Shown one piece after another: positions 1-10,097 of a stretch of DNA of 64,000 nucleotides. The stretch comes from Oculina patagonica. Lineage: Eukaryota. The translations under genes and the position numbers were made by a program. The notes beneath the pieces are model-generated. The model did not search any database. It saw only the letters and a program-made list of their open reading frames with translations, and had not been told where the DNA came from. The stretch's first letter is position 1. The number at the start of each line of letters is the position of its first letter. The DNA is taken from positions 4,712,001 to 4,776,000 of the forward strand of contig NC_135763.1 of the NCBI RefSeq assembly GCF_052425735.1, given 5' to 3'.

Positions 1-589
1 CCTCTCCATTTCTTTGAAAAAAATAAATAAAACTGGAGAAAAAACACTAGTGAATTTTTGCTGCTGCTTCTCACTATGACCTCTTCTTACAACTTCTTCT
101 TTATAGTGTCACTGACACTATGTGCCTGGCATCATAGTCAGGTGAAGGTAGATTGACGAACTTTCAAAGCCACCCTAGAAGATATACAAAAGTGGAAAAC
201 CCAAAAATAGGATTTGTGTGTACCGGTAGCGGTACTTTTCTAGGCCACAGTAATTACTAAGCATCCATAATTCAGTTGTAATCAGTGGTCTTCTATTATT
301 GAAGACTATTTTCTCTTGTGAAGACCTTTAACGCTTCATCCACTAAAGGTAACTGAAGAAAACGCTTGTCAATTCATCTAAAAACTTTTACTTTTGTACA
401 ATTTACTTTGTTTCATGTCCAGTATAATTCCTAGAATACCCTGCGAGCAGAATTGTTTTCGATCTTCCAAGAAAAATTTCAAACTGTTTTGCTCATCATA
501 GAAGTATGCAGAATCTGTTTTTTTTTTTCTTGTGAACATACAGAAAGAAGTGAGAACCTAAACAATCTGATATTGAGCATTGTAATTCT

Positions 590-1217
590 CAGGGGCAACC
601 AACAGACCGTTTCGGTGAATATCTGCTCGGAAGACCTATAATCGCGTACGATTTTTAAATTAAAGTGTTATGTAAAATTGGAGATTCCTACAATCTCAAA
701 CTTTCGTGACATGGGGAAATTAATTGTCGCGGACTTACCGCGATGAACTGGGGCAGAGTAAAAAGGCCAGGTTATCGGAAGAAAGGCCTGGTTACCTGCT
801 TAACTTGTGACTTTTTAGAAAACTTGGTATACCAACGATTTTGGACATTTTCGTGTTATACTTTAGATAATTTGTAGTTGCATTTGGACCTTTTGCAGTT
901 CTGTTGTTGGACTCGGCAATATGTGATTTTCACCTCGGCAATAATAATGTCTATTTTTTTTTCGGAGAGAAAAATGTCGTTTTGGGCATGAGAAAAGGCC
1001 AGCTATACGATTTTCGAGAACGCAGCACAAATTCGGGCAATAATATTTCGTTCCCTAAATTTTCTGAAGTTTGAAAGTCCAGCTAGCGTATCCGAAAAAA
1101 TACACCTTTCTTAGCGTTTAAAAATAAGGCTTTAACACAAAAAATGAAAAAGGACACTTACAACATAAAAACGGTGCCTCGATACCTATAGTAAAATGTT
1201 TTCTTAGGGTGCCCCTG
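590..1217. mobile_element. Non-autonomous hAT-like DNA transposon with 5-bp TSD (hAT5-type)
   Basis: TIRs CAGGGGCAACC / GGGTGCCCCTG (10 of 11 match). Exact 5-bp duplication ATTCT at 585-589 and 1218-1222. Confidence 0.7.
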
Positions 1218-2389
1218 ATTCTGTAAGCATTCGTGGTAATATATAGTTATAGCATTTCCCTTGTGTCAGAATCTATAATAGCCGTCCCAGTGCTTTTGTG
1301 CTGTGTTATACATTGTTTATTTCAAGAAAGATTGTCAGAAATTTTAGCTTATATATTGCTGTTGACTTTGTGAAGTCGGATATTTCAGTACCACTATGAC
1401 GTACAATAGCCTATCGTATTGCAAAACTGTGATGATGAAACTATAAAAATGTGTTAAAAGCAACTATAAAAAAGTCCTTGATAATTTATTGATCGTACAT
1501 TTTTGGATCTACTGAGTTGATACAAGAGAAATATTTATGCCGGGGCGTATTTATAGTTGAGAAGTTGCGTCATTATGTTTTTAAAATACGTTTACAAAGT
1601 TTGTTTTTTCGGCTAGGGGTATGGCCTCTTCTTTGTTCTATTGTTCTGCTTTTCTTCTTACCTTCCGGCTATAATTTCTGTTTCACGTATTTCTTTTCAG
1701 CATCATCAAATATAACAGGTCTAACAATGTTACTGTAATTGCCAGAATCTGAGGGTCTTAGAGTAAGTTAAATCCTTAGCAGTTTTGTTTTTGGCAGTTG
1801 CTGGATGTATTCAGTCTCTGGTACACTAAACCCTGTGTGTTTTAGACTTTTTCACTTTCTTGTACTGAAAAAGAAGGAAGCAAGATACATAAAAGCATTT
1901 CTTCAATTTTGGTGTTCCCTGTTTCCTAAAATATGCTTTTATTCACGTGCTCCCAGTTTTATCTTCCTTTTGTTCCCATTTTTCCAAAAAGTTAATGATC
2001 ATGTACCCTTGTTCTCTGAAACCACTGGCAACTTCCGGGAGTTCAGGTGGCGTGACTTTTATTGCGTGACTTTTATAGCGTCAAGAGAGAGAGAGACTGG
2101 GTACCCAGTGACCTCGTAAAAAACAATCATACTTCCTTTCTAAGAAAGCTACGAATATTTTCACAGCCATAACATCCACATAGCGTTGGTTTTTCCTAGA
2201 TGGACTTGAATTTAGCTTCTTCTCTTTAAACGCTATCTATTGGATCAGGTAAAAATGAGATATTTTTGTATTTTACAGAAAGCTGTAATGTTCTGTGGCT
2301 TTCTGTGTTCGTCTGGGCCTTGTTACGTTGCAGGCGATCATGATATTTCAGCCATTTGGTTCGCATTTTTGCTCATCAGATTGCTGCAG

Positions 2390-3025
2390 ATGTCGGAGAC
2401 AGATCGCCTTTTACCAGTCACTGAAGCTCGAGGAGTTCAACACACACGAGTGGCCGTACAAGATGTTGGAATCAGTGTAAGAATACGCACGTCAATATAC
2501 GCCTATACAAATCACTTTATTACCCAGAGCCGACCGTACTTTCGAACAAAGTTACCCACTTACATCGATTGCGCGCTGTTCTTGTGTTTCACGCGGTTGA
2601 TGTTTTTGGCGTCCTTCCTCGGTGCCTTGGCTCTGAAAGATGGCTATTACAAAGGCGCACCGTTCTACTGTTTCTTCGTCTGCGCAGTTTTCATTGGGAT
2701 TTTCTGCCAGCACGAGATCGTGAACAGGAAATCTCTTCGGATTGTTATGACGCAGCCTGTGATCGATGGCCAACGAAGCCTGAACGCGTTGTACGAAGTA
2801 ACAATCACAGAACTGCAGGGAATGGCGCTTGAGAATTATCAAGCTGGTATCGGTTTCGTCCATGTGTCTGAAGGAAAAGTGAAATTCCAAGCTTTTAACA
2901 GAAAGGCTGTGCAAGCTATGATCAGTGCACGACGCACGTCACGAAGTATGCTGTTCCTCTTCTTCTGTTCAGCTTGTTATAATTTTTATTTCATGATGGT
3001 TCACTCGCTTGGTCTTAAATTTTAG
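2390..3025 (+). CDS. Uncharacterised membrane protein, about 211 aa, single coding exon
   Basis: Long open frame (ORF track 2240..3025). Likely start MSETDRLLP at 2390, just after a pyrimidine tract and AG. ETDRLL fits a dileucine sorting motif. Two hydrophobic segments (CALFLCFTRLMFLASFLGALAL, FYCFFVCAVFIGIFC) plus a C-terminal hydrophobic segment. No family recognised. Confidence 0.5.
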   Translation: MSETDRLLPVTEARGVQHTRVAVQDVGISVRIRTSIYAYTNHFITQSRPYFRTKLPTYIDCALFLCFTRLMFLASFLGALALKDGYYKGAPFYCFFVCAVFIGIFCQHEIVNRKSLRIVMTQPVIDGQRSLNALYEVTITELQGMALENYQAGIGFVHVSEGKVKFQAFNRKAVQAMISARRTSRSMLFLFFCSACYNFYFMMVHSLGLKF

Positions 3026-3115
3026 AAATAATTAACTAAATGTTTTCAGTACAGATGTAACAGTGACTAAAACAGTGTACACTAGTCTCCTTTACAGCCG
3101 TTTTCCAGCCGTTTG

Positions 3116-3155
3116 TATTTGGGATGTCACGCAACGTTGCGTGACATCCCAAATA
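3116..3155. repeat. Perfect 40-bp palindrome, probably a small MITE remnant
   Basis: TATTTGGGATGTCACGCAAC|GTTGCGTGACATCCCAAATA. Confidence 0.8.
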
Positions 3156-3206
3156 ACGGTGATTTGACAACTTTGTGTTATATTTGATTCGGGATTTGTT
3201 TAACAC

Positions 3207-3257
3207 TAGCCTGCGTGGGCGCGCTAAAAACTACACAGACGCCTGCTACGCAGGCTA
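3207..3257. mobile_element. 51-bp MITE with 9-bp TSD
   Basis: TIR TAGCCTGCGT / ACGCAGGCTA. Exact duplication GTTTAACAC at 3198-3206 and 3258-3266. Confidence 0.75.
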
Positions 3258-3829
3258 GTTTAACACAAGCTGGTAACGAGGTTAGTCAAGAGAATAAACT
3301 TAAACTTGAAGATTTAGCCTACATATATTTTCGTGAAGGTCGGTGTTTGTAATGGAATATTCGTGGCAATTTATTTTCCCCGTGTCCATCGTCCTTCAGT
3401 TGTTGCTTACTGGCCTTGCTAACTGTTTCATGAAGCGTGGCGCACACCCCTACCCAAATCTTCGGGGAATACTCCCGTGTTTTTTAGTATAACGGCGTGT
3501 TTTCTACCTTAGTTACTTCTTTGATGGTGTAGTTTTCTGCATCGCAAAAGATTACTTTCACAAAGCGCTTTGTCCCATTGGTTTTAATAGAGACCTTCAG
3601 ATCGAAAGGCAAGTAAAAGATCGAGTACGAGTACGACTTTCGAATTTCAATCCAGAATTACGCTCCCAGAGCCCGCACTCGTCCCAGTTAAAAAGAAGAA
3701 CATTGGCACGAGATTGGTGTGAAATGTGATAATCGAAAGTACTAGGTCTGAAAAATGCTTTCTCCTTAGCTGGGCGCGAAGCGGGAGCGACTGGTGACGA
3801 GTGCGAAGAGCGAGGCGAGGCAGGTCTTA

Positions 3830-4798
3830 CAGAGCGTTTCACAAAACTTTTGACAAGCGGTTTGCGAAGTTCGTTTGAAACTTCCGAAGTTCGCCGCGAA
3901 CTTGGGAATTTCATTACGTAGTTGTCAATCAAATTGCGAACTTCGAAACGAAGTTGCGAATTTCACGTGCAGCTAAGTTCGCAAGTTGCGAAGTTCGAAT
4001 TGCTTTCAATGAGACAGTTCCAAGTCTTCCGTCTATTTTCGATTGTAATGGCAGACTTGCCGAATTGTATTGCTGTGTTTAGGGGCAAAAAGGACGAAAA
4101 ACATAGCAGCTAATGTTTGAATTACTCTCAGCGAACGGAATTATTTACAAGTAGACTTCAGCTGAAACGTCTCACTTCGGATCAAGTCGATATGATGCTT
4201 TCAAAGAAACTAAGCTTACCTTTCGATGCAAAACACTCGCTGACTGATGTATCAAGTTGATTTGCTGCAGGAAGAATCACCGCTCCCAATTAATTCGAGG
4301 TATTAAAGAGTGCAGAGCGAAGAAATATTTGTGAAACTAAAACCAGCGGAGAACTGCAGTCGAAGGTGGAAATGCGCAAGGTAAGTTGTTTACGGATTTT
4401 TACCACCGAGAAGTTTCGTTCGGTTTTGACTTCAGTCTATGACAATTAATTTTCTTTCTATTGTGGCATTTCAATCGAAAATAGATTTCCCACGCCCCCA
4501 CTATTATGTATGCGCTTTTACTTCACTTACTACGCTTGAGACGAATCAGTAGAATATTGTATGCATTTAATGTAGGGGGCTGTGCGGAAATCTTGCCGAA
4601 AATAGACAGAAGACGTACTTGAAAGCAACTCGAACTTCTCATCTTGCGAACTTAGCTGCACGTGAAATTCACAACTTCGTTACGAAGTTCGCAATTTGAT
4701 TGACAACTACGTAACGAAATTCCAAAGTTCGCGGCGAACTTCGGAAGTTTCAAACGAACTTCGCAAACCGCTTGTCAAAAGTTTTGTGAAACGCTCTG
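3830..4798. mobile_element. Non-autonomous DNA transposon with about 180-bp TIRs, TA-flanked
   Basis: 3830-4009 (CAGAGCGTTTCACAAAACTTTTGACAAGCGG...) is a near-perfect reverse complement of 4619-4798. TA on both sides. TIRs are rich in GAAGTTCG/CGAACTT motifs. Confidence 0.85.
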
Positions 4799-5521
4799 TA
4801 AATGTCGTACTCTGATCCTAACATCCCAAATATACACTGTATCGGCACAATAGGAAAATGCGCATGGCACGAATTTGTGAAGAAGGGGGGGGGGGGGGCA
4901 CATAACTTAGACAGAAAGGAAGAAACCGCCAAAAATCTGTGTAATTTAATTAAAATGTGCTGTTTGAATTGTAAGCAAGTAAACACGTTCTATCTGACGA
5001 TGACTCAAAGGTCCGAACATAGGGTGAGATATTGCGCGCAACATTGCATCAGTGCAATTTATCATTTGCTAGGTTGCACTGTGTAGTGTGTACCCACCCC
5101 TGAAATTGCTGGTGCAACCGAAGGCAGAATGATAAAGTAAGACTACAGCTGGACACAGCAATTTTGTTGTGCTGAACTGGTTCGCGCAATGTTGCACCAT
5201 GTGACCTTGCTTTTACTCCAGTCGAAAACGTTTGTTGTTCTTATTGTAAAATTTTCAAGGTTTCAGTCTTCTATTATTGTATAATTTGCCAAGCAAATAT
5301 GTTTTAATTAACACAAAATTATTGGAGAAACTAAATTTAACATACAGTGAGACGCAGAAGTAGATTCTCTGATTTTACGTAACGTCATCAAATTTATTTT
5401 TTTTATCGCAACACACACAAAATAAGAGAGCCTACTTACAAAACAGTTACTAACACTACCTACGCGACTTAGAGCAGTTTTCAATTGAGTGTCGTAAAAC
5501 CAAAACCAAAGTAATTACTCT

Positions 5522-6362
5522 GGCTCGCATCTTGGCCGTAATGTAATTAAGTTTCACGACTGATCATTTAACGAAACGAAGGCAACGCAAGTAATCATTT
5601 ATAATCAGTGAAATTGTGAGTTCGAACACGTCCTTCTTAGCGGTAATAAACACAATGATGTCGGCTTCCTTTATGAAATTTTTCGCCCACAATGCGACTC
5701 AGTCATGTTTCACAAAAATCGTTATTGCTATTATGAAATTTCACTGCGAGCAGTTTTAATTTTTCTTGCGCTGCATATGGATGAATTATTTTTTATCATT
5801 TCGCTCATTATTTATCTTAAATCCATTTCTTATCTATGTAATTTCAATGAAGAAACAAATGGTGACGCCCTTCTGAACATGAAAGCCAACCGGTAGCAAG
5901 AGAGTGGACTAGGTCTAGTGTAAGACAGATATTAACCAGTCACAGGGCGCCTATGTTGTTGTTGTTGTTGTTAATTAATTAAAGGCGCGTATGTAATTTT
6001 TAATGTTTTTCGGCGCTAACGCAAAACATTTTCACTAAACAATTAACGAAAGTGTGAGTTTGGACACGCCCCTCTTTTATTAAGGCGACAGGTGCTGGGT
6101 AACTAATCATTTATAATTAGTGAAATTGTGAGTTCATTGTGTTAATAACAATAATGATGTCGGCTTCCTCTGTGGATTTCACGCCCACAATTCGACTAAG
6201 TAACGCATCGTGAAAGCGAATCAGGTTAAGTTTTAGTTCAAATTTTAATTCATCTGGATAAGAAAATAATTCTTGTTATTTTGTTCAGCCTTTTCTTTGA
6301 ACCCATTTTCCTTCGAAAAAACAACAAAAGGCGACGCCTTCCTGAATGAAAGCCTACCGGTA
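5522..6362. repeat. Local direct duplication, copy 1 (pairs with 7965-8739)
   Basis: Colinear match from GGCTCGCAT..GTTTCACGACTGATCATTTAACG to GAAAGCCTACCGGTA. The left end abuts a MITE end (5469-5521) of the same family as 58121-58399. Confidence 0.85.
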
Positions 6363-7058
6363 GATAGAGAGTGGACTGGGTCTAGTGTAAGACATTTTTT
6401 TAACCAATCAAAAGGGGCGTATATTGTTGTTGATTATGAGGCTTTTTTAGTGCTAACACAAATCATAATCACCAAAGAATTAGCGAAAAGTTCGAGTTCG
6501 TTAAAGGCTGCAAGGGCTTTGTAAATAATCATTAAAAACCGAGTGAAATTGCGAGTTTGAACACGCCCCTCCTTTAAATCGGCAAGGGCTGCGTAAATAA
6601 TCATTTACAATTAATAAAATTGTAAGTTTGAACACGCCCTTCTTTTCGTTTAAAGCCACAATGATGTCGGCTTTCTTTGTGGAGTGTGCGTCCACACATT
6701 GCCATGATTACGTAATCATTATTGCCAAGCGTCCACTGTGAGCAGACTCAGTTCGCCTTTTATTTTTATCTGGAATCAGAATTACCTACACTATTATTCG
6801 GGTCGACTTTGTTGTTGTCTTGTTTTAATTATTTTGAGGAATCGATCCTTTCCATTCGCTCAGATAAACACAAACGTTAATTTCGTTTAATCAGGTATCA
6901 TTTTTAATCATGCTTCCTGTAAAAAAACACATTGTGCTACAAGACTTTTATAGTTCTATCATTCTTTCATTCTGTCCTCCAGTCGTGTCTATGACTCTGT
7001 TCATCCGTTCGTTCGTTCGTTCGTTCAAGTTACAATCCCGCGGCTCTTAAAGGAGTCC

Positions 7059-8006
7059 TCAAAAACGTTTGCTCAAGACACGGGCAAATGTCCGATTTTC
7101 TCGAGACTCATCCGTTTCTTGACAGACTCCAATTCGCCTTCTTCTACCGCGTTCTTTACCATCCGCGTCTTGTCTGCCACGTCGCCGTACAGATGACAGG
7201 GGTTGGTGTCTGTGTCCTTCAGGTCTGCAGTTTGACTGGCTAGGAAGGGCTGCCATGTTTCTGGTAAACTGTGGCATTGGTGGCTCTCTTGTTTGACTGT
7301 GTGACTGTTGCGGTGGGCCAATTTTTTGCCTTCCTTGCATGTTCTGTTGCACGTAGACGCCTCCTTCGTGGTGTGGCTGGTACGCTTTTCTTTCTGTTCT
7401 GCCTTGAACTTGGTTGTGTGAGTAACCTGACTCGTTCACTTGGCTGGATGAACAGGATGCTTGGTGGCTTGGACAACATCGAGTTTCTCTTCTTCGCTGT
7501 TCTTGTGACGTTTTATTTCTGTACATTCTGCCCTCCGTTCCGCCTTGAACTTGGTTGTGCGAGGAACCTGGAGTATTTACTTGGCTGGATGAACAGGCTG
7601 CTTGGTGCTGTGGACAACGTCGAGTTTCTCTTCTTCGCTGTTCTTGTGTTGTTTCATTTCTGTATATTCTCCTGTCCTCTTTTTGTTGTTGTGGGCTCAT
7701 TTCCTGGTACGCTGCCTGTCTGTGTAAACTGGTCGCGTGGTCATGACTTCCTTTCATATACCTCTGTTGCGGCGTGGTTCGAGTCAGCCTGTTTTCCTCT
7801 GAAGAGTCAGGGTAATATTCCTCGACTGAAAAACTCTCCCTGCCCAGTATTCTTCTGTAACTTGGCTCCTCGTCATGTTCTGAACCGACATTTAGATTCC
7901 ACATTAATTCTCTTTTCTTCTTAAAAATTTGGCACAGCTCTAACATGGACGGCGGATCTTTACGGGCTCGCATGTTGGTCGTAATGTTAGTTTCACGACT
8001 GATCAT
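7059..8006 (-). CDS. Orphan Q/R/S-rich ORF, 315 aa, with a duplicated 47-aa unit
   Basis: ORF track. Internal 141-bp tandem duplication that preserves frame (RIYRNETTQEQRRRETRRCPQHQAACSSSQVN / RMYRNKTSQEQRRRETRCCPSHQASCSSSQVN). TATAAATA and GGGCGTG lie upstream on the same strand. No homology recognised. Confidence 0.4.
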   Translation of the reverse strand: MISRETNITTNMRARKDPPSMLELCQIFKKKRELMWNLNVGSEHDEEPSYRRILGRESFSVEEYYPDSSEENRLTRTTPQQRYMKGSHDHATSLHRQAAYQEMSPQQQKEDRRIYRNETTQEQRRRETRRCPQHQAACSSSQVNTPGSSHNQVQGGTEGRMYRNKTSQEQRRRETRCCPSHQASCSSSQVNESGYSHNQVQGRTERKAYQPHHEGGVYVQQNMQGRQKIGPPQQSHSQTREPPMPQFTRNMAALPSQSNCRPEGHRHQPLSSVRRRGRQDADGKERGRRRRIGVCQETDESRENRTFARVLSKRF

Positions 8007-8739
8007 TTAACGAAACGAAGGCAACGCAAGTAATTATTTATAATCAGTGAAATTGTGAGTTCGAACACGCCCTTCTTAGCGGTACTAAGCACAATGATGT
8101 CGGCTTCCTTTGTGGATTCGCGCTCACAATGCGACACAGTCACGTATCACAAAAATCGTTATTGCTTTCACTAAAATTCCACTTCGAGCAGTTTTTATAC
8201 GTTACTGCATCTGGATGAAAATTTGCTCATTATTTCGCGAATCCAATTGTTATCTAAATAATTGCAATGGAAAAACAAGTAGTGACGCCCTCCTGAACAT
8301 GAAAGCCTACCGGTAGCAAGAGAGTGGACTGGGTCTAGTGTAAGACAGATATTAACCAATCACAAGGCGCCTATGCTGTTGTTGTTGTTAATAAAAGGCG
8401 CGTTTGTAATTTTTGATGTTTTTCGGCAACAATGGCTGCGTAAGAAATCAAATTGTTAGTTCATTGGGTTAATAACAATAACGATGCCGGCTTTCTCTGC
8501 GGATTTCACGCCCATAATGCGACTAAGTAACGCATCGTGAAAATCATTATTGCTATAATAACATTTCACTGCAAGCAGAATCAGGTTAAATTTTAGTTCA
8601 AATTTTAATTCATCTGGATTTATAGAAAGTTATTCTTGTTATTTTGTTCAGCCTTTTCCTTAAACCCATTTTATGTTTATTTTTGGAAGAACAAGAAAAA
8701 GGTGACGCCCTTCTTTAATAACACGAAAGCCTACCGGTA
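7965..8739. repeat. Local direct duplication, copy 2 (upstream region and first codons of the 7059-8006 ORF)
   Basis: Matches 5522-6362. Confidence 0.85.
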
Positions 8740-8770
8740 CAAAAGGAATTAACCATCTGAATGCAATGAT

Positions 8771-8851
8771 CAATCCTCGTACCCAGGGTCTTCGTTCGCT
8801 TTGACCACCCAAGCCTGCGCAGAAGGGACGAAGACTCGAGGTACGAGAATG
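8771..8851. mobile_element. Short MITE
   Basis: Ends CAATCCTCGTACC / GGTACGAGAATG. Flanks TGCAATGAT and GGCAATGAT (9 bp, 1 mismatch). Confidence 0.6.
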
Positions 8852-8913
8852 GGCAATGATCACGCTTCACATCTCTGTACGCATGCGCACAGCCTATTAC
8901 CCGAAGAGTGGTA

Positions 8914-8958
8914 GCCATGGACAGCTGTTTCGTCCTTGTTACGACTCATCAGCATGGC
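8914..8958 (-). ncRNA. Minimal type I hammerhead ribozyme
   Basis: Minus strand reads GCCAUG-CUGAUGA-GUC(GUAACAAG)GAC-GAA-ACAGCUGU-C-CAUGGC. Full catalytic core, 6-bp stem I, 3-bp stem II, palindromic stem III, GUC cleavage triplet (cut between 8920 and 8919). Confidence 0.85.
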
Positions 8959-9214
8959 ATAGCCCTGATAGCCGGGCGTAAGGATCTCACAAAAGATCAT
9001 AGACACCGCTGTTTACTCTACCCTGGGTTCCAGAGGGTTTTTTTTTCTTTTTGCGGTGACAAAGAGCGGCGAAGCCGCCCATGAGGAAACATATGAGAGC
9101 TGTGGCTGGGACTGTAAAGTCTCAGCAATGTGTAAGGAGGACCTAAAAGGAGATGTGGATCCACTAATGCACGTGTGACGACATAAATATGTCATAATTA
9201 ACCACATATAGATT

Positions 9215-9385
9215 CAGTCAACTCTCTCTTTAAACTGACACCTTCGGGACCGGCTCCAACTGTCCGTCTTAGAAAGGTGTCCGTCTTATAGGGAGTTTAG
9301 TTGCGGTAAAATGACTGGACCAGCCAGGTGTCCGTCTTATGGAGGTGTCCGTCTTATAGAGGTGTCCGTCTTTCAGAGTTGACTG
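9215..9385. mobile_element. Tc1/mariner-type MITE
   Basis: TIR CAGTCAACTCT / AGAGTTGACTG, internal repeats of (GAGG)TGTCCGTCTTA, TA on the right flank. Confidence 0.7.
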
Positions 9386-10049
9386 TAATCATTAATAATT
9401 AGTAAAATTGCGAGTTTCTAGAAATTACCAAGCTTATAAAAACAATTCATCAAACATTCACATATTTATAACGTGGAACATAAAAAGACTCCCGATCCAG
9501 TCTCTTCCCCTACCCATGATTATAATGAATCAATCAATCAATAAATCAATCAATCACTTTAATTAATTAATTAATTAATTAATTAACTAATCAATTAATT
9601 TATTTATTAAGTGAATGGCTGATCGATCAATCCAAACAATGTCTATCCTACCTGCCTACCCCCAGTCGATAGTGGCTTTAGGCGCGAGCAAGGTTTTCCT
9701 GTATACAGTTTCTTCAACGCGGGCGGTCATCACAAACTTACTCAATCGTCACGCAATGCTTTTAAGGGAAAAGCGTTGCGTGACAATTTAAACGCCAAGG
9801 ATTGCTAACTAACTTATGACTTCATTCTCACTTTCACATCACTTTCTCTCTTCTTATTTCCTTCAGGTCCTACCATTGCCCGATGTTTCCCACCAGAAAA
9901 ATAAGTAATGGCGCCAAGTCACCTGCACAATGCTGTCCATCTATCAGTGATGTTTTTTTCTGCCTGCACTTTGTCCTTTGTATCACGTGGCTCGTGGGCT
10001 CCACGTGATCGAACGTGATCTGCACCAACTCGAGCATGCGCATGATTAC

Positions 10050-10063
10050 GTTACTATGACAAC
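10050..10063 (+). promoter_or_regulatory. RFX X-box upstream of PPIL6
   Basis: GTTACT-AT-GACAAC matches the X-box consensus GTHNYY-AT-RRNAAC and lies about 35 bp before the ATG. CACGTG E-boxes and GCATGCGCATG are just upstream. Confidence 0.65.
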
Positions 10064-10097
10064 GCAAACCCCGGGAATCTTAGAAATAACAAGCAAA

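Noticed and set aside
1655-1865. Exon-like minus-strand segment with acceptor and donor
   Set aside because: Stops in all three frames and no recognisable product. It could be UTR or a relic.
7271-7924. Hydrophobic 217-aa ORF on the + strand
   Set aside because: Antisense shadow of the 315-aa minus-strand ORF, starts at a non-ATG codon, and the promoter-like motifs favour the minus strand.
5522-8739. LTR retrotransposon (two roughly 800-bp direct repeats)
   Set aside because: No TG...CA ends, PBS, PPT, TSD or gag/pol similarity seen. It fits a tandem duplication better.
9870-10067. Divergent gene next to PPIL6 (SMPD2 occupies this position in human)
   Set aside because: The short minus-strand frames show no sphingomyelinase-like sequence and I could not link downstream exons.
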